DNA of 64,000 bases, taken from assembly GCA_039621445.1 (NCBI GenBank), contig CP154954.1, positions 44,495,847 to 44,559,846 on the forward strand, given 5' to 3'. The position numbers and the translations under genes were made by a program. Shown piece by piece: positions 61,139-64,000 of the stretch (positions are counted from its first letter, which is position 1; the number at the start of each line of letters is the position of its first letter). This DNA comes from Euglena gracilis. Taxonomy: Eukaryota. The notes beneath the pieces were generated by a model. The model searched no databases, was not told the DNA's origin, and saw only the letters and a list, made by a program, of their open reading frames with translations.

Positions 61139-64000
61139 CCGGGGGGGGGTCCGGGTCCCCCGGATTGGAAAAATGAGGTTTTTAACAGGTTTTTGGCTGG
61201 TTTTGTTCCAAAAAAAATCCAAAAAATGGCCAAAAACGGGCATTTTTGGCCATTTTGGGGGTCCCAAAAAAAATTTCCGCCACTTCGCGCCGGTCACTGG
61301 AAAAAAAAATTCCACTAGCTAGCCCTGCTAGCAGACCCCCCCCGGGGGGGTCTGCTAGTAAACCCACTAGCCAAATTTGGACTAGCTGCAGTCCAGCCCC
61401 CCCGGGGGGTAATGCAATCCCTTAAGCAAATGCCTGGTACGCTCAGACGAGGCACCCTGCGGGACAGACATTGGTCATTCAATGACATGGAAATGCACCA
61501 AAAATTTGTCAAAAAGTCTCAAAGATTTTGTCAAATTTGTTTGAAAGATTTTGTCAAAACATTTCAAAGATTTTCTCAAAGTATTTCAAAAATTGCGCAC
61601 AGAAACGTCCAAAAACCTTGTCAAAACATTTCCTGAATACCGGCAAAATATTTCAAAAGCTTTGTCAAAACGTTTTAAAAACGTGTCAAAACGTTTCAAA
61701 AAATAGGGGTGCCGGCTGTATCATACTCATGCCAAAAAATTTTTCTTTCCAAAATCCCGGGGGGGGGCGGCCGCCCCCCCGACCCCCACTTTCTACACCC
61801 CTGCCCCCCCCCCCCCCCGACTTTGTCACCCCTAAGTCCGTCGTAGGGTACACCGACTTTGTCCTGCGTCGGGGGGGGGGTACACGGACTTAAAAGGGAA
61901 CCATTTTGGAACATTTATGGAAGTACGGGAGGTTTGGCGAACCAGACGTTGCAGCACCTCCAATTGAGCCTCTTCCACCACAACGGCAACAGAGAGACCA
62001 TAATTGATGGAGGAGATGGCAAAACCATGGAAGAACCCGAAGGGCAAGCAAAGATGAGGGGATGCTTTCGCACTTTGGTCAGACAGGCAACCATCAAAAA
62101 CCGTTACTTCTCAACCAACCCATCAATTATTTCAACGTGAATTGTTTCAACGCCAGTGGTCCTGGGTTGGGAGCGGTGGTGGGGCGAACCGAGTCCACGG
62201 ATCAGTGGCACAGCCTACTAGATTTGACGTGTTCGGGGGCGTAAGGCTGTACAGAGAAGCTTTGTGAGGCACAGAGGATGGGAGGGTAGGTAGGAGGGTA
62301 AGAAGGGTGAGCTTAGCGAGAACTGGAGTTGCTGCTTGAAGTTGCTGCTTGAGTTGCTGCGCGCTGTTTCAACGTGAAAAAGCGCGTGCTGTCTCGCACT
62401 TGGAATTGGAATCTTGGGAAATCTTTGAAGTGGTCACTCCAAAAAATCCCTTGTTGAACAGCTTCACGAATCAAGTTGATTTTGAGTGGACAAAGAAAAA
62501 GGTCTTGTTGCAAGTAACACGACCAGGGTGTTTTACAAACGAAGGATTTTTTGGGTGCGATATGGTTGATAAGGTTGGGCGACCATGGCGCCAACTCCCC
62601 TCAGAATGTTGAAGTTTACAGTCACTTGTGATGATGATTTTTTATCCCATTCAATTCTTTGAATTCTTTTTTTAGATTACGAATTTTTTCAGAGTCATCT
62701 TACAAGTCATCCGATTGGGGAAGGATAAGAAAAAGTCATTTAATGGAGTTGGATTCTTTTCTCGAGAAACACATTTCCAAAAAAAAATACTAATAAATTG
62801 AAGTAATGACAGTATGTTTTGAAAGTGAAGTGATTTTTTTAAGGACATTCGTGTCAGAGGCAGGGATGTCCCGAGATCTCAAAGAATTCGGAGAATGTGT
62901 GGGAACCATTTTCAAAAATCCCCTTTTTGGTTTTTTTCATAAAAAAAAACGCTAGCATTGCTCAAAACCCTTTGGCACGGCAACCCCCCCCCAATGCCGT
63001 CATAAGCCGATTTCGGAATTTTTCGTCGGCCCCGCTGGCCGAAACCACCCGGCTCTATACGGAAAATTGGCCATGCCGACGATTTTCCACCAAAGGTGTC
63101 ACAAGGGGGGGTCGGGGGGGGGCGGCCGCCCCCCCCCGGGATTTTGGAAAGAAAAAAATTTTTTTGTAACATGAATGTGATATTTTTCTTTGTAATGCCA
63201 TGTTCAATGGTTCAAAGGGCGTTACCGTCTCGGCTGCCTTCGGCAGCCACCTTGCCAGTTAAAAGCACATTTTTGGAGAATGAAATTGCAAAATCCATTA
63301 CCGTCTCGGCCGCCTTTGGCGGCCGAAATAAAAATACTTGAAAAAACCCCACGGCACTTCTTGATGTTTAAACCGGCGTTTGAGACGCCGGGTTCAGGAC
63401 ATAACCGGCGTCCCCCCCCACGGGTTTTCCGGACGCCGGTTCTGTCCTAAAACCCAGCGCCAGGGGGGGTCGGCACACCCCTCCCCCCCCCCCCCTCCAC
63501 CGACCCCCTCCGCCACGGCCATTTTAACCCCCCTAAATTTCAACCCCCCCAATTAAAACCCCCCACCTCACCGCCCCCCCCCCCCCCCTGGCACCCCCGC
63601 TACCCCCGGATCACACCCCAAAGCCCCCCCCTCCCACCCCCCCCCCACCCCCCCCCCCCCCCCCCCCCCCGCGCCATCCTCCCCCCCTCCCCCCCCCTTT
63701 TCAGACCCCCTCGCCACGCCATGTCAGCCGCGCCAAAGAAAATTTTCTTGGAAAACCCCCGCGCACCCCTCCCCCCCCCCCATCCGGCACCCCCTCGCCA
63801 CGCCAAAACCCCCCCCTCCCCCCCCCCTAGCCGGACGGCTCGCCACGGCGTGCCGACCCCCCCAGGAACGCCGGTTCTGTCCAAAACCCAGCGTCCGGTT
63901 TGGATCTTGGCCACAAACCGACTTTTTTTCCCCTCCTTTGGTGCTAATTGTTTTTTGGGACCCCACAAACCACTTTCACCTTGGCTGTTTGAATACAAAC

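Larger units (their letters stand above)
55440..61803. mobile_element. hAT-like element expanded to 6.4 kb by nested insertions
   Basis: Ends TATAGGTGTAGGAA / CAGGGGTGTAGAAA; flanks ACCCCCCC / CCCCCCCC (homopolymer, weak); same family as 59875-61138 in opposite orientation. Confidence 0.55.

Noticed and set aside
56074-63332. ~150-bp inverted repeat pair (56074-56220 / 63186-63332) as TIRs of one 7-kb element
   Set aside because: Better explained as internal parts of two oppositely oriented copies of the same hAT-like family; no TSD seen.
1-64000. tRNA, rRNA, snRNA or SL RNA genes; prokaryotic operons
   Set aside because: None recognised by eye; an Infernal/tRNAscan search would be needed to exclude small RNAs.

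Overview
This is eukaryotic nuclear DNA, not prokaryotic, so the long ORFs in the supplied track are mostly GC/homopolymer artefacts. It is very probably from a euglenid (Euglena-like): short GC-rich exons are separated by non-GT-AG introns whose ends base-pair, typically N3-CAG...CTG-N5. On the minus strand I could assemble by hand (1) a 16-exon membrane adenylate cyclase (TM-Cache-like-TM-HAMP-class III cyclase) from 19168 to the left edge, (2) part of a small Cys-rich membrane protein gene near 25.5-25.9 kb, and (3) a multi-exon gene (~39.9 kb to 30800) ending in Cys clusters and a HAD-type phosphatase domain. Introns and the 41-64 kb region are packed with non-autonomous DNA transposons: CAG...CTG elements with 8-bp TSDs (hAT-like), GGAG elements with 3-bp TSDs (Harbinger/Tourist-like), TA-flanked pogo-type MITEs, two decayed pogo transposases and a 3.66-kb TIR element with a 5-bp TSD. 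The main observation is that intron 37786-38199 is exactly a 406-bp multicopy CAGGG...CCCTG MITE plus one copy of a perfect 8-bp TSD. The N3+N5 geometry of the nonconventional intron equals the 8-bp TSD, which points to a hAT-MITE 'introner' origin for these introns. Junctions were read by eye, and homopolymer runs make some uncertain by 1 nt or more.
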